Below, piece after piece: positions 40,593 to 51,300 of a stretch of 64,000 bases of DNA. The notes beneath the pieces were generated by a model. That model was given only the letters and a program-made list of their open reading frames with translations. It had not been told where the DNA came from and did no database searches. Made by a program: the position numbers and the translations under genes. This DNA comes from Ignavibacteriota bacterium (lineage in GTDB: Bacteria; Bacteroidota; Ignavibacteria; Palsa-1295). The first letter of the stretch is position 1. Each line of letters begins with the position of its first letter. Location: assembly GCA_963787835.1 (NCBI GenBank), contig CAWBEI010000002.1, positions 480,001 through 544,000 of the forward strand, in the 5' to 3' direction.

Positions 40593-41531
40593 TCAGCTTC
40601 TCGATCGGGCTTTTGGCGCGTGTTTGACGCTCCCAGCAGCATCGTTTGATGGGCCCCTGCGCGTGCGAGGGATTCTTACAAGCCCATGCCGCTCCTTATA
40701 AAGCCATCCCACTTCCGCACCAATGAGAAATGCAAGACTGGCATAGTATAACCACAGTGCAATACCGGCGAGAAACGCGTAGGTCCCATAGAGCGTCCGA
40801 ATGGAACTGATATGTGTCATGTAATACACGAACAATAAGCGCATGGCTTCCGTAAGGATGACGGACGTTGCAGCAGAAACATAGATCACCTTTCTCGGTA
40901 GCCGTTCATGCGGTAGCATCCAAAATAACACTCCATACAGCACGATCGAAACAGCGAGCGTCAGGAAGCGTGGCACCGTCGTATTTACGATCGCGGCGAG
41001 CCATTGCGGCAGCACTTCCGATCCAAGCCGCTGCATCAAATTTACTACGGGCGAAAGAAAGGTTGAAGTGAGCAAGAGCACAAGAACGAGGATGATCAGA
41101 ACAAAATCCAGCAGCTTTTGAAAGACCATGTTCTTCTTCGCGTTCTGGTGAAAGACAATATTGACCGACGTGCGCAGCGTCGAGAACAGGATGCTCGCCA
41201 GCCAAAAAAGCGTTATCCCGCCGACAATTCCGGCAATGGTACTATTGTGGCCCATTTTCGAAAGCTCACCCACTAACCACGCCCGAACGTCATGCGCGCT
41301 GATCGGGATGGGAAACGATGCCGCCACATAGCTGACCACATACCCTACCGCTCGGCCTCTTGAAAGAGCTGCTGAGAAAAAATAAAAGATCACAAGAGAA
41401 AGTGGCAGCACGCAATACAGCACGTTGAATGCAATACCCGCCGCCAACAGGAAATAGTGATCCTCGTCAGCATGTTTATAGATGCCTACGATGTAATACC
41501 TGATCGATTTTGCGATGCGGGTTAGATTCAT
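40593..41531 (-). CDS. YihY/BrkB family membrane protein
   Basis: AAGIAF..LP and YGTY..LWLYY..LIGAE motifs; multiple TM segments. Confidence 0.88.
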   Translation of the reverse strand: MNLTRIAKSIRYYIVGIYKHADEDHYFLLAAGIAFNVLYCVLPLSLVIFYFFSAALSRGRAVGYVVSYVAASFPIPISAHDVRAWLVGELSKMGHNSTIAGIVGGITLFWLASILFSTLRTSVNIVFHQNAKKNMVFQKLLDFVLIILVLVLLLTSTFLSPVVNLMQRLGSEVLPQWLAAIVNTTVPRFLTLAVSIVLYGVLFWMLPHERLPRKVIYVSAATSVILTEAMRLLFVYYMTHISSIRTLYGTYAFLAGIALWLYYASLAFLIGAEVGWLYKERHGLVRIPRTRRGPSNDAAGSVKHAPKARSRS

Positions 41532-41666
41532 TTGCTTCAAAAATACGACACCGCCACGCTTATCATCCTGAGCGGAGCAAATCAGGGTCACATTAACTCA
41601 TTTCATATTATCAAATCTTTTCCTTACGGATTGCTGTTTTCTCATACTTCGTTATTTTACGCTACT

Positions 41667-44600
41667 ATGAACCATCGTCTCCTACTCTTCGTCGCTACAT
41701 TTCTTCTCTCTATTCCAGCTCTTCGCGCATCTGCGCAACAGCCGGACACGATCGTCGTGCAAACTCTCACCTTTGATTCGATCGGCCGCGCCGGATACTA
41801 TCAATTCCCGGATACGGGTTCGTTCGAGAAAGTGATCATGCAATACACGATGCGCTGCCATAATGCGCTCATTTCCAACGATAACAGCCCCAATCAAGGC
41901 TGCGGCCAATGGGATTACAACTGCGAATCCTACATCTGGGACTCGACTCGAACCGATTCGCTACTCAATTATGCCCCTTCCGCGATCATTTCCAATTACC
42001 CGGAGTATGCCAAATTCTCATACACTACGATAGGGACTTCATCCATCACACGAAGAGACGAGAAGCTCGTAAGCTATCCAGCCGGAACAACGTTTATCTC
42101 GGTTACCGGCGATACCACACAAACAATTCCGGTATGGCATCAGGAATGGACTAAACCGTATCAGCGAACGCTCTACGTTTTGCCTGCAAGTAAGAACGTG
42201 TGGAGAGGCGTGAAAAATGCTTCGCTCATCCAGGGGCTCATCTATAAATCAGGAATAGGTTCGATGTACGATTTCCGGATCAGGATGCACACCGTTAAGC
42301 CAGGCACCTACAATACATTATCTATTTTCGCAGACACCAGTTTTGTAGAGGTCTTTCATGCTTCGACCCTTTACACATCAAAACCTGATACGCTCTTTTT
42401 TTACAATCCGTTCAAGTGGGATACTACTTCGGACGTCGTGATGGAACTAAGCTATGCGGGCACTGGAAGCCAAAATGCCGACACGTCCTCCGAATCGGCG
42501 CTCAGTTTTGCAGGCTCCGAATTTGTGCCGGTTCCCGCTACCGCGCTCAACCAGATCTACGATCACGTCTCCATCGCTTTTTGGGCCTACGGCGACACCA
42601 GCTACCTCCCCGGTACTAATTGCGTCTTTGCGGAAGGCCTGGACAATTTGAAAAACAGACAGATCAACATTCATCTTCCCTGGAGCGATGGAAACGTATA
42701 TTGGGATTGCGGCGGTGATTCGCTTGGGAACTACGACCGCATCCAGCAAGCACTTCCGAAACGGTATGCCGCAGGCAGATGGAACCATTGGGTCTTCACC
42801 AAAGACGCCATCGCGGGCAAAATGTCGATCTATTTGAATGGAGCACTGTGGTTAAGCGATACCGGAATGCACCGACCCATTCATGCAACAGAAATGCTGC
42901 TCGGCGGCGCAGCAAGTTCCGGAATAGGGTACTATGGCGATGTACGCCAATTTGCGATGTTCGATGCGGTGCTTGATTCGAGCCAGGTCACGCAGATCAT
43001 GATGCAGGATAGTGCGATACCCGCACTTCAGCCCGTCACGTATTTCAAGTTAAATGAGGGTTCTGGCGGAACTATCGCAAATGCTGCATACCTGATGCCG
43101 AACTCGAGCGTCATCGGAGTTCCAGTCTGGCACTTCGTAAACGCGAAGGATCTCCCGAATAATTTTGGTGCTTCGAGCTTCCAACCATCGTTCGTATTCC
43201 CTAATGTTACCGTCCTGCAACTTTCCGATTCTGCAAAACCACAGATCGCGGACCATTATACCTACGATACCATTCCCGATCATGCACATATCGTATCGAA
43301 CTATGCCATCGGCCACAACTATGCATTCAATGCGAACGACAGCGTGTATGCAACCGATACGATCTATGGAGATTATCTCGCTACAAAATCCTACACGTAT
43401 GACGAGAGCGGAAATAAAGTGGATTCGGTAAATGTCGCCGCGCAGGACACGGTACGCCCCGACACCCTCTTTTATTTCACGCGTGGACCGCAAAAATTCG
43501 AATTGATGTCATTCGTCACTCCGTATGGACTTGGCCTGGATCTTGGCAAGACCGGCAAAATGTGGGAATTCGATGTGACCGATTACCTTCCTATCATGAA
43601 AGGATGGCATCGCCTAACAATGGAGCGCGGCTCCGGCCAGGAAGAGTTCGACCTTAAGTTCCTATTCATTAAGGGAACCCCCGCACGAAACGTGATCGAT
43701 CTGGATCAAATCTGGCCGATGACAGAGGAGAATTATCAAACCATCCAGTCCAACTTGCGCTATCAGCCGCTTTCTGTCTATCTTGAGCCAAGCGCAAAGG
43801 CATACAAATTGCGTTCTTATATCACCGGCCACGGTCAGCAAGGGGAATTTATTCCGCAGACGCATTATATTTCAGTCGATAACACGAAGTACGAACGGCT
43901 TGTCTATAAAATATGCTCGCTCGATCCGCTCTATCCACAAGGAGGAACATGGACGTACGACCGTTCTGGATGGTGTCCCGGCATGGCGACCGATCTCGCT
44001 GAATATGAGATCACGGGAACCGTTACACCCGGAGATTCTGTGACGATCGACTATGGAGTAGAGCCAGGGCCTACCGGCGATTCACGCTATGACCCCGGTA
44101 CGCAACTTGTCAGTTACGGCCCACCCAATTTTACACTCGACGCTGCCATTGTGAACATTCAGCGGCCATCGCCACTCATTGCGTATGGGCGTATCAATCC
44201 TGCCTGCGACCGTCCCATTGTGTTCATCAAAAATAATGGCTCCCAAACGCTGACCTCACTTCAATTCGATTATTATGTCGATAACGGGCCGCACGAAACT
44301 TTCCAATGGACGGGCAGTCTTCCGTTTTTGGATACAGCATCCGTTACACTTCCTGTGGACTCCCTGAATTTTTGGACTTCCGCAGATTCGGGCGGTTTCC
44401 ACGTCGATATTTCCAAACCCAACGGCGGCACCGATCAATACGATCAGGACGATCATTACTCTACTTCGTACAAACAACCTCCGGCGTATAACGGCATCGT
44501 GGTCGTAAATTTATATACCAACAACGACCCACAGGATAATTATTATGAAGTCCTCGATCATGATGGCGACACCGTATTCTCGAATGGTAACTTCGATGCA

Positions 44601-45101
44601 ACAACCTCCTATTACGATTCACTGATCCTTCCGGTCGGTTGCTATACTCTCGTCTTCCATGATGACGGCGAGGATGGACTTTCCTATTGGGCCAACCCGG
44701 ATCAAGGAAACGGATACCTTAGGCTTCGGCAAACCTCAAAGACAGGAAAAATTCTTAATACATTCAATCCCGATTTTGGTATGGGCGTCCAGTATGATTT
44801 TTCAATTGTTAGCTCGCCACTTGCCGTTGGAACAACCCAACCCCAGTTCCGGCATGTTGGGCTTTACCCAAATCCTACGGCTGGCGAACTCAATATCGAT
44901 CTCGAAGGAATGCCGGATGGGATGATCACGCTGGAGGTGATCGACGCGACCGGGCGAACACTCCGACGAGAGCAGCGATTCACCGATCCTTTAGGAGCGC
45001 TGCACTCCGGCATGGATCTAACTGGAATCCCCGCAGGAAACTACTTCTTGCGAGTTACCACCACCGACGGCCAAACAACTCAGAATTTCGTAGTGGAATA
45101 G
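41667..45101 (+). CDS. secreted peptide-N-glycosidase F-like protein with LamG-like domain and T9SS CTD
   Basis: CGQWDY, FVTPYG.GLDLG, TGHG and QGGTWTYDRSGWCPG motifs; LamG-like WNHWVF; LYPNPT CTD. Confidence 0.8.
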   Translation: MNHRLLLFVATFLLSIPALRASAQQPDTIVVQTLTFDSIGRAGYYQFPDTGSFEKVIMQYTMRCHNALISNDNSPNQGCGQWDYNCESYIWDSTRTDSLLNYAPSAIISNYPEYAKFSYTTIGTSSITRRDEKLVSYPAGTTFISVTGDTTQTIPVWHQEWTKPYQRTLYVLPASKNVWRGVKNASLIQGLIYKSGIGSMYDFRIRMHTVKPGTYNTLSIFADTSFVEVFHASTLYTSKPDTLFFYNPFKWDTTSDVVMELSYAGTGSQNADTSSESALSFAGSEFVPVPATALNQIYDHVSIAFWAYGDTSYLPGTNCVFAEGLDNLKNRQINIHLPWSDGNVYWDCGGDSLGNYDRIQQALPKRYAAGRWNHWVFTKDAIAGKMSIYLNGALWLSDTGMHRPIHATEMLLGGAASSGIGYYGDVRQFAMFDAVLDSSQVTQIMMQDSAIPALQPVTYFKLNEGSGGTIANAAYLMPNSSVIGVPVWHFVNAKDLPNNFGASSFQPSFVFPNVTVLQLSDSAKPQIADHYTYDTIPDHAHIVSNYAIGHNYAFNANDSVYATDTIYGDYLATKSYTYDESGNKVDSVNVAAQDTVRPDTLFYFTRGPQKFELMSFVTPYGLGLDLGKTGKMWEFDVTDYLPIMKGWHRLTMERGSGQEEFDLKFLFIKGTPARNVIDLDQIWPMTEENYQTIQSNLRYQPLSVYLEPSAKAYKLRSYITGHGQQGEFIPQTHYISVDNTKYERLVYKICSLDPLYPQGGTWTYDRSGWCPGMATDLAEYEITGTVTPGDSVTIDYGVEPGPTGDSRYDPGTQLVSYGPPNFTLDAAIVNIQRPSPLIAYGRINPACDRPIVFIKNNGSQTLTSLQFDYYVDNGPHETFQWTGSLPFLDTASVTLPVDSLNFWTSADSGGFHVDISKPNGGTDQYDQDDHYSTSYKQPPAYNGIVVVNLYTNNDPQDNYYEVLDHDGDTVFSNGNFDATTSYYDSLILPVGCYTLVFHDDGEDGLSYWANPDQGNGYLRLRQTSKTGKILNTFNPDFGMGVQYDFSIVSSPLAVGTTQPQFRHVGLYPNPTAGELNIDLEGMPDGMITLEVIDATGRTLRREQRFTDPLGALHSGMDLTGIPAGNYFLRVTTTDGQTTQNFVVE

Positions 45102-45133
45102 AAAACTCTATAAAAAGGATGTTTTCGTATTCT

Positions 45134-45277
45134 GTCATTGCGAGAAGGAATCACGGAGCGATAGCGGAGTAATTCCGACGAAGCAATCTCTTCACTTCGA
45201 GACTGAGATTGCTTCGTCTCCTTCGGCCAGCATCGTCGGCGATGCGCCTCCGGTCGCCGAATGCTCCTCGCAATGAC
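45134..45277. repeat. GTCATTGCGAG-family palindromic element with nested inserts
   Basis: gtcattgcgag..gacgaagcaatctc..gagattgcttcgtc..ctcgcaatgac. Confidence 0.8.
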
Positions 45278-45424
45278 ATTATGCTAAAGGAACCGAAGGG
45301 CACGGCTTTTTGTCTATTCGCGCTCTGGGAATGCTGTCCGGTAGGATTTTCTTGATCCTTCCGGCTTTTTTTTGGAAAATAAGCAGATTTCAGCGAATAT
45401 CTAAGTGACACGGGCGGGCAACGC

Positions 45425-45497
45425 GCGGGAGTAACTCAGTTGGTAGAGTCACAGCCTTCCAAGCTGTTGGTCGCGGGTTCGAGTCCCGTCTCCCGCT
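45425..45497 (+). tRNA. tRNA-Gly(TCC)
   Basis: GCGGGAG/CTCCCGC acceptor stem, loop CTTCCAA, GGTTCGAGTCC. Confidence 0.95.
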
Positions 45498-45506
45498 CTT
45501 TATTGG

Positions 45507-45580
45507 CAAAGATGAAATATTAAAGATGAAAGATGAATTTCATCCTCGGTTTCATCTTTCATCTTTAATATTTCATCTTT
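45507..45580. repeat. inverted heptamer repeats (AAGATGA/TCATCTT)
   Basis: aaagatgaaatattaaagatgaaagatgaa ... ttcatctttcatctttaatatttcatcttt. Confidence 0.8.
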
Positions 45581-45587
45581 AGTACAG

Positions 45588-45842
45588 GTGACGCCACCAA
45601 AACTATGCGGCGATTGCGGGACGCAGATGGATGTCAATCCAGAGCTGTTCGCACTGCCAAGTTTGGATCCGATTCCGAATCCGAATGGTGGCATCACGCT
45701 GAATTTTAATTTTTCACGTGCGCTGCCCATAACGGCGTACGTCTGCCCGAACTGCGGGCGGTTCAAGTTCATGTCGGCGATCTTATTGAATAATATCGAA
45801 GGGATGCCGGCCCCTCAACCACGAGCTTCGGAAGAAGCATAA
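45588..45842 (+). CDS. small zinc-ribbon protein
   Basis: CGDCG...AYVCPNCG; 84 aa. Confidence 0.7.
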   Translation: MTPPKLCGDCGTQMDVNPELFALPSLDPIPNPNGGITLNFNFSRALPITAYVCPNCGRFKFMSAILLNNIEGMPAPQPRASEEA

Positions 45843-45907
45843 CTGCTGTTCAAGAAGTTTTTTGCTGCAAAGCGTAACAGCTTCTTGAAGAAGCGAAGGA
45901 TCCTATC

Positions 45908-46057
45908 ATGAGAGACATTATCACACTCGAGTGTACCGTCTGCAAAATGCGGAATTACTCGACCACAAAGAACAAACGCAAGCAATCGGGCCGCGTAGAA
46001 TACACGAAATTCTGCCCGAAGGATAACAAGCGGACCCTGCACAAGGAGACGAAGTAA
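45908..46057 (+). CDS. rpmG: 50S ribosomal protein L33
   Basis: translated by hand: [49 protein letters not shown] (too short for the ORF track). Confidence 0.95.
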   Translation: MRDIITLECTVCKMRNYSTTKNKRKQSGRVEYTKFCPKDNKRTLHKETK

Positions 46058-46060
46058 CTC

Positions 46061-46124
46061 GTAGGCGTAACCTTTAGGTTACGGTGTGATCGCTTCGCCA
46101 CCGTGACCTAAAGGTCACGGCTAC
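46061..46124. repeat. GTAG-type REP doublet
   Basis: GTAGGCGTAACCTTTAGGTTACGG...CCGTGACCTAAAGGTCACGGCTAC. Confidence 0.7.
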
Positions 46125-46128
46125 CCAT

Positions 46129-46202
<74 letters not shown>

Positions 46203-46212
46203 CGAGCTAAAA

Positions 46213-46291
46213 AATTATGAATTATGAAAGAGGAATTATGAAAATAATTCGCCAAACCAATCTCATAATTCGTAATTCATAATTCATAATT
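46213..46291. repeat. inverted heptamer repeats (AATTATG/CATAATT)
   Basis: aattatgaattatgaa..ggaattatgaa / tcataattcgtaattcataattcataatt. Confidence 0.8.
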
Positions 46292-46300
46292 TCCCCTACG

Positions 46301-46534
46301 ATGGCTGAAACAACAGTAATACAACCGGGCGAAAAGCAAGGGCTTGGAAAAAAGTCCTTCTCGTTCTTTACAGACGTTGCGCGCGAAATGCGCAAGGTAA
46401 GCTGGCCCAAGCGCGCAGAACTTCAGGATGCGACCGTTATCACGCTGGTACTCTGTGTGGTGCTCGCACTTTTTACGTTCGGGGTCGATAAGATCTTTGA
46501 AACGATCATTCGCGGAATTTTCAGGTTATTCTAA
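46301..46534 (+). CDS. secE: preprotein translocase subunit SecE
   Basis: EMRKVSWP motif plus a TM segment; upstream of nusG. Confidence 0.93.
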   Translation: MAETTVIQPGEKQGLGKKSFSFFTDVAREMRKVSWPKRAELQDATVITLVLCVVLALFTFGVDKIFETIIRGIFRLF

Positions 46535-47088
46535 TGACAGCAGAACCACAAGCGATCGCTTTAAAATGGTATGCACTCCGAACCTTCACTGGCTCGGAGG
46601 CGAAAGTCAAGGCCTATATTGAGGACGAGATGAAGCGTCGCGACCTCACCGAGCGCGTGCCAGAAGTTGTGATCCCGAATGAGAAGGTCTATGAAGTTCG
46701 CGACGGAAAAAAGAAGGTAAAAACCAAGAGCTTCCTTCCCGGCTATATTCTCATCGAAGCTGCGCTCGATAAAAAACTGATCGATCTTATTCTCTCCATT
46801 CCCGGCGTCGTCAGCTTCGTCGGCCCGACGAAAACACAGCCCACCGCGCTCCAGCCCGACGAAATGCGCCGCATTCTCGGCAAGGTAGAAGAAAAACGCG
46901 GACTGGAGTCACCGGAAGTACGTTACCACATGGGCCAGCCCGTGAAGGTAATCGATGGACCGTTCTCCGGCTTCGGCGCTCAGATCAAAGAGATCAACGA
47001 AGACAAGCAGAAGCTGAAAGTTGAAGTCTCCATCTTCGGACGCAAAACACCCGTCGAGCTGGACTACACGCAAGTCGAACCGGAGTAA
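46534..47088 (+). CDS. nusG: transcription factor NusG
   Basis: NGN domain (WYAL..PGYILIE) and KOW (VIDGPFSGF..IFGRKTPVEL). Confidence 0.96.
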   Translation: MTAEPQAIALKWYALRTFTGSEAKVKAYIEDEMKRRDLTERVPEVVIPNEKVYEVRDGKKKVKTKSFLPGYILIEAALDKKLIDLILSIPGVVSFVGPTKTQPTALQPDEMRRILGKVEEKRGLESPEVRYHMGQPVKVIDGPFSGFGAQIKEINEDKQKLKVEVSIFGRKTPVELDYTQVEPE

Positions 47089-47093
47089 ATCAG

Positions 47094-48428
47094 GTGCGAC
47101 GCGCGCTTTTTGTCCTCCTGATCGCGCTCGTTCCATGCACTATATTTGCGCAAGGCTACCGCGGCCGCGATTTCTGGATCTGCTTTCCGCAAAATGCGGT
47201 CATCGAACAGAATCACACGCTTCATCTCTCCATCTATATTACTGCTGAGTCGCGCGCGATCGGCTCGATCACAAATTTATTAGACAGCACCACTCAAAAT
47301 TTCTCGGTTGAATCTGGCGCATCCATTGAACGGGACATCGATACCGAGATCGAGATCGGTTCATCGGAACGATCGCAGCGTAATTCCGTCCACATTGTAA
47401 GCGATCAGGACATTTCGGTCTATGTCGTCGATCACCGCCCCGCATCTACCGACAGCTACATGGCGATACCAACAGAATATTTAGGAAAGGAATATGTGGT
47501 CGCTGGATATACCACCCTACGCTATGGTGGTATCAGATTTGGATTTACTTCCCAAGCCACGTTCGTTGCGACCGAGGATAACACCTGGATCGCGGTTCAT
47601 CTTGCAGGAACTACTACCGGAGGACTCCCTAAAGGACGAACCCTTATGTTCGGATTGAATCGTGGCGAGACGTATCAAATTCAAGGCGGATACGAGAGTG
47701 GGGATCTCACGGGTTCCACCATTTCCTCGACGAAGCCCATTGCGTTCTTCACCGGTCACAGATGTGCACAGGTGCCAAGCGAAGTCGAGTTCTGCGATAT
47801 GTTGCTGGAATCGGAACCACCCGCAAATGACTGGGGAAAAGCATTTGTGCTTACAAAATTCGAGGGTAAAGACTATTCGGTGGCGCGAGTAATCGCAAAT
47901 GCCGATTCCACTCAGGTCTCGATAAACGGAGCCAATGCCAAAACGATCAACCGTGGCGAATTCTATGAAGTGGACACGTTGTATCACGATGCGATCATTA
48001 CCACGAGCAGACCAGCACTCGTTGCGCAATATTGCACAAGCTCGGACGCCGATACGATCAAAATTGGAGATCCGTTCATGCTCATCGCAATCCCAAGCGA
48101 TCGGTTCACCAAAGAAACGACAACCACATCCGTCGTCGATACTCGATTCGAGCATTTTCTGAATATCGTTGTGCCTGATTCCGGCGTTACTTCTCTCAAG
48201 ATCGACGGAATGATGGCAGCACTTGGATCATTACCACCGGGAGTTTCCCTTTCTTCGAAACGAATACTTGCCGCTGCCAGAGCGACCGTGTTTGCATTTC
48301 GCGTCCCATCCGGCCGGCATATGGTAGAGTGCAATGCTCCAGTAGCTGTTTATTCTTACGGCTTTGGAGTAGCCGATCAAAATTACGACTCCTACGGCCA
48401 CTCCTGCGGAATGCGGCTGGACAAATAA
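47094..48428 (+). CDS. exported IgGFc-binding-protein N-terminal domain protein
   Basis: GRDFWICFPQN, GETYQI, DLTGS.I.S.KPIA..GH.C, GDPFM and SYG motifs; signal peptide; no CTD. Confidence 0.75.
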   Translation: MRRALFVLLIALVPCTIFAQGYRGRDFWICFPQNAVIEQNHTLHLSIYITAESRAIGSITNLLDSTTQNFSVESGASIERDIDTEIEIGSSERSQRNSVHIVSDQDISVYVVDHRPASTDSYMAIPTEYLGKEYVVAGYTTLRYGGIRFGFTSQATFVATEDNTWIAVHLAGTTTGGLPKGRTLMFGLNRGETYQIQGGYESGDLTGSTISSTKPIAFFTGHRCAQVPSEVEFCDMLLESEPPANDWGKAFVLTKFEGKDYSVARVIANADSTQVSINGANAKTINRGEFYEVDTLYHDAIITTSRPALVAQYCTSSDADTIKIGDPFMLIAIPSDRFTKETTTTSVVDTRFEHFLNIVVPDSGVTSLKIDGMMAALGSLPPGVSLSSKRILAAARATVFAFRVPSGRHMVECNAPVAVYSYGFGVADQNYDSYGHSCGMRLDK

Positions 48429-48524
48429 TTATCGTAAACTTGCCATTAGGTGCGATAATAGCCATATAATGCCCTTTTTTGAACTAACGGAAGCCCCTTC
48501 GGGTTACAGGCGCGCCTTCCAGAA

Positions 48525-48607
48525 AATGATGAATGATGAATTATGAATGATGAAGTGGGAAGGAAGTTAAAGAAATCAACATAATTCATCATTCATAATT
48601 CATAATT
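48525..48607. repeat. inverted heptamer repeats upstream of fusA
   Basis: atgatgaatgatgaattatgaatgatgaa / cataattcatcattcataattcataatt. Confidence 0.8.
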
Positions 48608-48614
48608 GTCAGCA

Positions 48615-50711
48615 ATGTCACGCAAACAACCTTTAGAGCGCACGCGAAATATCGGGATCATGGCGCATATCGACGCCGGTAAGACCACGACCACCGAGCG
48701 CATCCTCTTTTATACCGGCCGGGTTCACCGCATGGGCGAAGTCCACGAGGGCGGCGCAACTATGGACTGGATGGAACAGGAGAAAGAGCGTGGCATCACG
48801 ATCACGTCTGCCGCCACAACCTGCACCTGGCGCGATACCGCGATCAACATCATTGACACCCCAGGCCACGTTGATTTTACCGTAGAAGTCGAGCGTTCGC
48901 TGCGCGTACTCGATGGTGCGGTTGCGCTGTTTTGCGCGGTTGGCGGAGTAGAGCCGCAATCGGAGACGGTGTGGCGTCAGGCCAACAAGTATGGTGTGCC
49001 CCGTATTGCGTTCGTCAACAAGATGGATCGCGTCGGCGCAGACTTTTTTAACGTCATCACGATGATCAAGGAGCGGCTCGGAGCAAATCCGGTTCCGATC
49101 AATCTCCCGATCGGTGAAGGCGAAATGTTCGCCGGCGTCATCGACCTGGTCGAGAACAAGGCGCGCATGTATAATGAAAGCTCCCTTGGCACAACGTGGG
49201 ATGAAATTGAAATTCCCGAAAAGCTGAAAGAACACGCCAAAGAATGGCGTACACGCCTCTTTGAATCTGTTGCAGAAATTGATGACACGCTGCTTCTGAA
49301 ATATCTCGAAGGCGAAGAGATCACGCGTGAAGAAGTGATGCGCGTGCTTCGTTTGGCTGTTATCGATTCGAAGATCATTCCCGTACTTTGCGGGTCGGCG
49401 TTCAAGAACAAGGGCGTGCAGGATCTGCTGGATGCCGTCGTGGATTACCTCCCAAGCCCCGTCGATGTCGGCGCGATCGAAGGGCATCATCTGAATTTGA
49501 CCGATCACATCAAGCGCGAGCCGGACGATAAAGAAAAATTCGCCTCGATCGCGTTCAAGATCATGACCGACCCGTTCGTCGGGAAGCTCACGTTCTTCCG
49601 CGTGTATTCCGGTACCTTGAAATCAGGTTCCTATGTATTGAATTCCGTGAGCGGACGCAAGGAGCGCATCGGGCGCATCCTGCGCATGCACGCGAACCAT
49701 CGTGAGGATATTGAAGAAGCTTACACAGGCGATATTTGCGCCGCTGTCGGACTCAAGCAAACACGCACCGGCGATACGCTCTGCGATGAGGATGATCCCA
49801 TCGTGTTGGAACGAATGATCTTCCCGGAACCCGTTATTTCGCTCGCCGTCGAGCCAAAAACCAAAGCAGATTCCGAAAAAATGTCGGAAGCATTACAAAA
49901 GCTTGCCGATGAAGATCCTACGTTCAAAGTGAAAACGGATGAAGAGACCGGGCAGACCATTCTTTCCGGTATGGGCGAGCTGCATCTGGAAATTCTGGTC
50001 GATCGCATGAAGCGCGAATTCCGCGTGGAGGCCAACGTCGGTAAGCCGCAGGTCGCGTACAAAGAAACGATCCGCAAGAAAGTTACACAGGAAGGCCGCT
50101 TCATTCGCCAGTCTGGCGGACGCGGTCAGTTTGGTCACGTCTGGATCGATGTCGAGCCGAACGAGCCAGGAAAGGGTTACGAGTTCGAGAATGCCATCGT
50201 CGGAGGAACGATCCCGAAGGAATATATTTCCCCGGTCAGCGCGGGCATTGTCGAAGCGATGAAGAATGGCGTGCTCGCCGGGTATCCCGTCGAGGACATC
50301 AAGGTTCGTTTGTTCGATGGCTCGTTCCACGAAGTCGATTCGAGCGAAATGGCGTTTAAGATCGCAGGCTCCATGGCCTTTAAGGAAGCCGCGCGTAAAG
50401 CGAATCCCGTTATTCTGGAACCCGTGATGGATGTCGAAGTCGTGACGCCGGAAGATTACATGGGCGACGTGATCGGCGATCTCACCAAACGCCGTGGCAA
50501 GATCGAAAGCATGACTGCGCGCTCGGATGCACAGGTCGTAAAAGCCTCTGTGCCGCTCTCGGAAATGTTCGGGTATGCGACGGTGATGCGCTCGATGTCG
50601 CAGGGCCGCGCGATCTACTCCATGCAGTTCTCGCGGTACGAAGAAGCGCCGCGCGCCGTGCAGGAACAGATCATCGAAGCCCAAAAGGGCAAGAGCGGGT
50701 CGGGATCGTAA
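48615..50711 (+). CDS. fusA: elongation factor G
   Basis: [37 protein letters not shown] and DSSEMAF motifs. Confidence 0.98.
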   Translation: MSRKQPLERTRNIGIMAHIDAGKTTTTERILFYTGRVHRMGEVHEGGATMDWMEQEKERGITITSAATTCTWRDTAINIIDTPGHVDFTVEVERSLRVLDGAVALFCAVGGVEPQSETVWRQANKYGVPRIAFVNKMDRVGADFFNVITMIKERLGANPVPINLPIGEGEMFAGVIDLVENKARMYNESSLGTTWDEIEIPEKLKEHAKEWRTRLFESVAEIDDTLLLKYLEGEEITREEVMRVLRLAVIDSKIIPVLCGSAFKNKGVQDLLDAVVDYLPSPVDVGAIEGHHLNLTDHIKREPDDKEKFASIAFKIMTDPFVGKLTFFRVYSGTLKSGSYVLNSVSGRKERIGRILRMHANHREDIEEAYTGDICAAVGLKQTRTGDTLCDEDDPIVLERMIFPEPVISLAVEPKTKADSEKMSEALQKLADEDPTFKVKTDEETGQTILSGMGELHLEILVDRMKREFRVEANVGKPQVAYKETIRKKVTQEGRFIRQSGGRGQFGHVWIDVEPNEPGKGYEFENAIVGGTIPKEYISPVSAGIVEAMKNGVLAGYPVEDIKVRLFDGSFHEVDSSEMAFKIAGSMAFKEAARKANPVILEPVMDVEVVTPEDYMGDVIGDLTKRRGKIESMTARSDAQVVKASVPLSEMFGYATVMRSMSQGRAIYSMQFSRYEEAPRAVQEQIIEAQKGKSGSGS

Positions 50712-50724
50712 TCACGAATTTCAA

Positions 50725-51295
50725 TCCCGAAAGGACGGCATATTTGCAGCCCCGGACGTGAGTCCGGGGTTTTGCGTTTTGTATAAACGCGTAGGTCGGT
50801 GCTTCCATCGTGGGCGATGGAGCCAGCCCGACAATCCCCGAGAACGAAAGAAAAAGTGCCGTAGGGACGTGCTGCGCACGTCCTTTGTGCCGGAGCGCTA
50901 ATTCCAGATTTTGGATGATCTCAAATTCGTTTGACATTCACCGGGGCGGACGTGCGCAGCACGTCCCTACGGATCCAGCTCCGATATGAGCGGCATATTG
51001 GTAGCCCCGTGCGTAAGCGCGGGGTGCGCGGGATCTTTTTAAGAGCCAGAGTCCCGGAGCGACGACACAAAAAAGTGCCGGAGGCACGAAGTACCCGCAG
51101 CCCAGGGTGGAGCGAAGCGGAACCCTGGGTAACGAATAAAATTAGAGTTTATTAGCCCTGAAAGGGCGATGTTTGCCGCCGGGATTTTACAACGCCCTTT
51201 CAGGGCTTGGGAACATAAAACGCAACGCTAACCCAGGGTTCCGCTCGCAAGCTCGCTTCACCCTGGGCTGCGAGTACTCCGTCGCTCCGCGACTA
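50725..51295. repeat. cluster of palindromic repeat units (left end of island)
   Basis: AGCCCCGGACGTGAGTCCGGGGTT half unit; GTAG REP pair 50861-50970; half unit ~50978-51070; full AGCCCTGAAAGGGC/GCCCTTTCAGGGCT unit ~51073-51294. Confidence 0.85.
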
Positions 51296-51300
51296 ATTGC

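Noticed and set aside
45151-45411. 86-aa ORF, and similar short ORFs at 552-740, 34639-34821, 50931-51155 and 53037-53297
   Set aside because: These are translations of palindromic repeats or of tRNA antisense sequence
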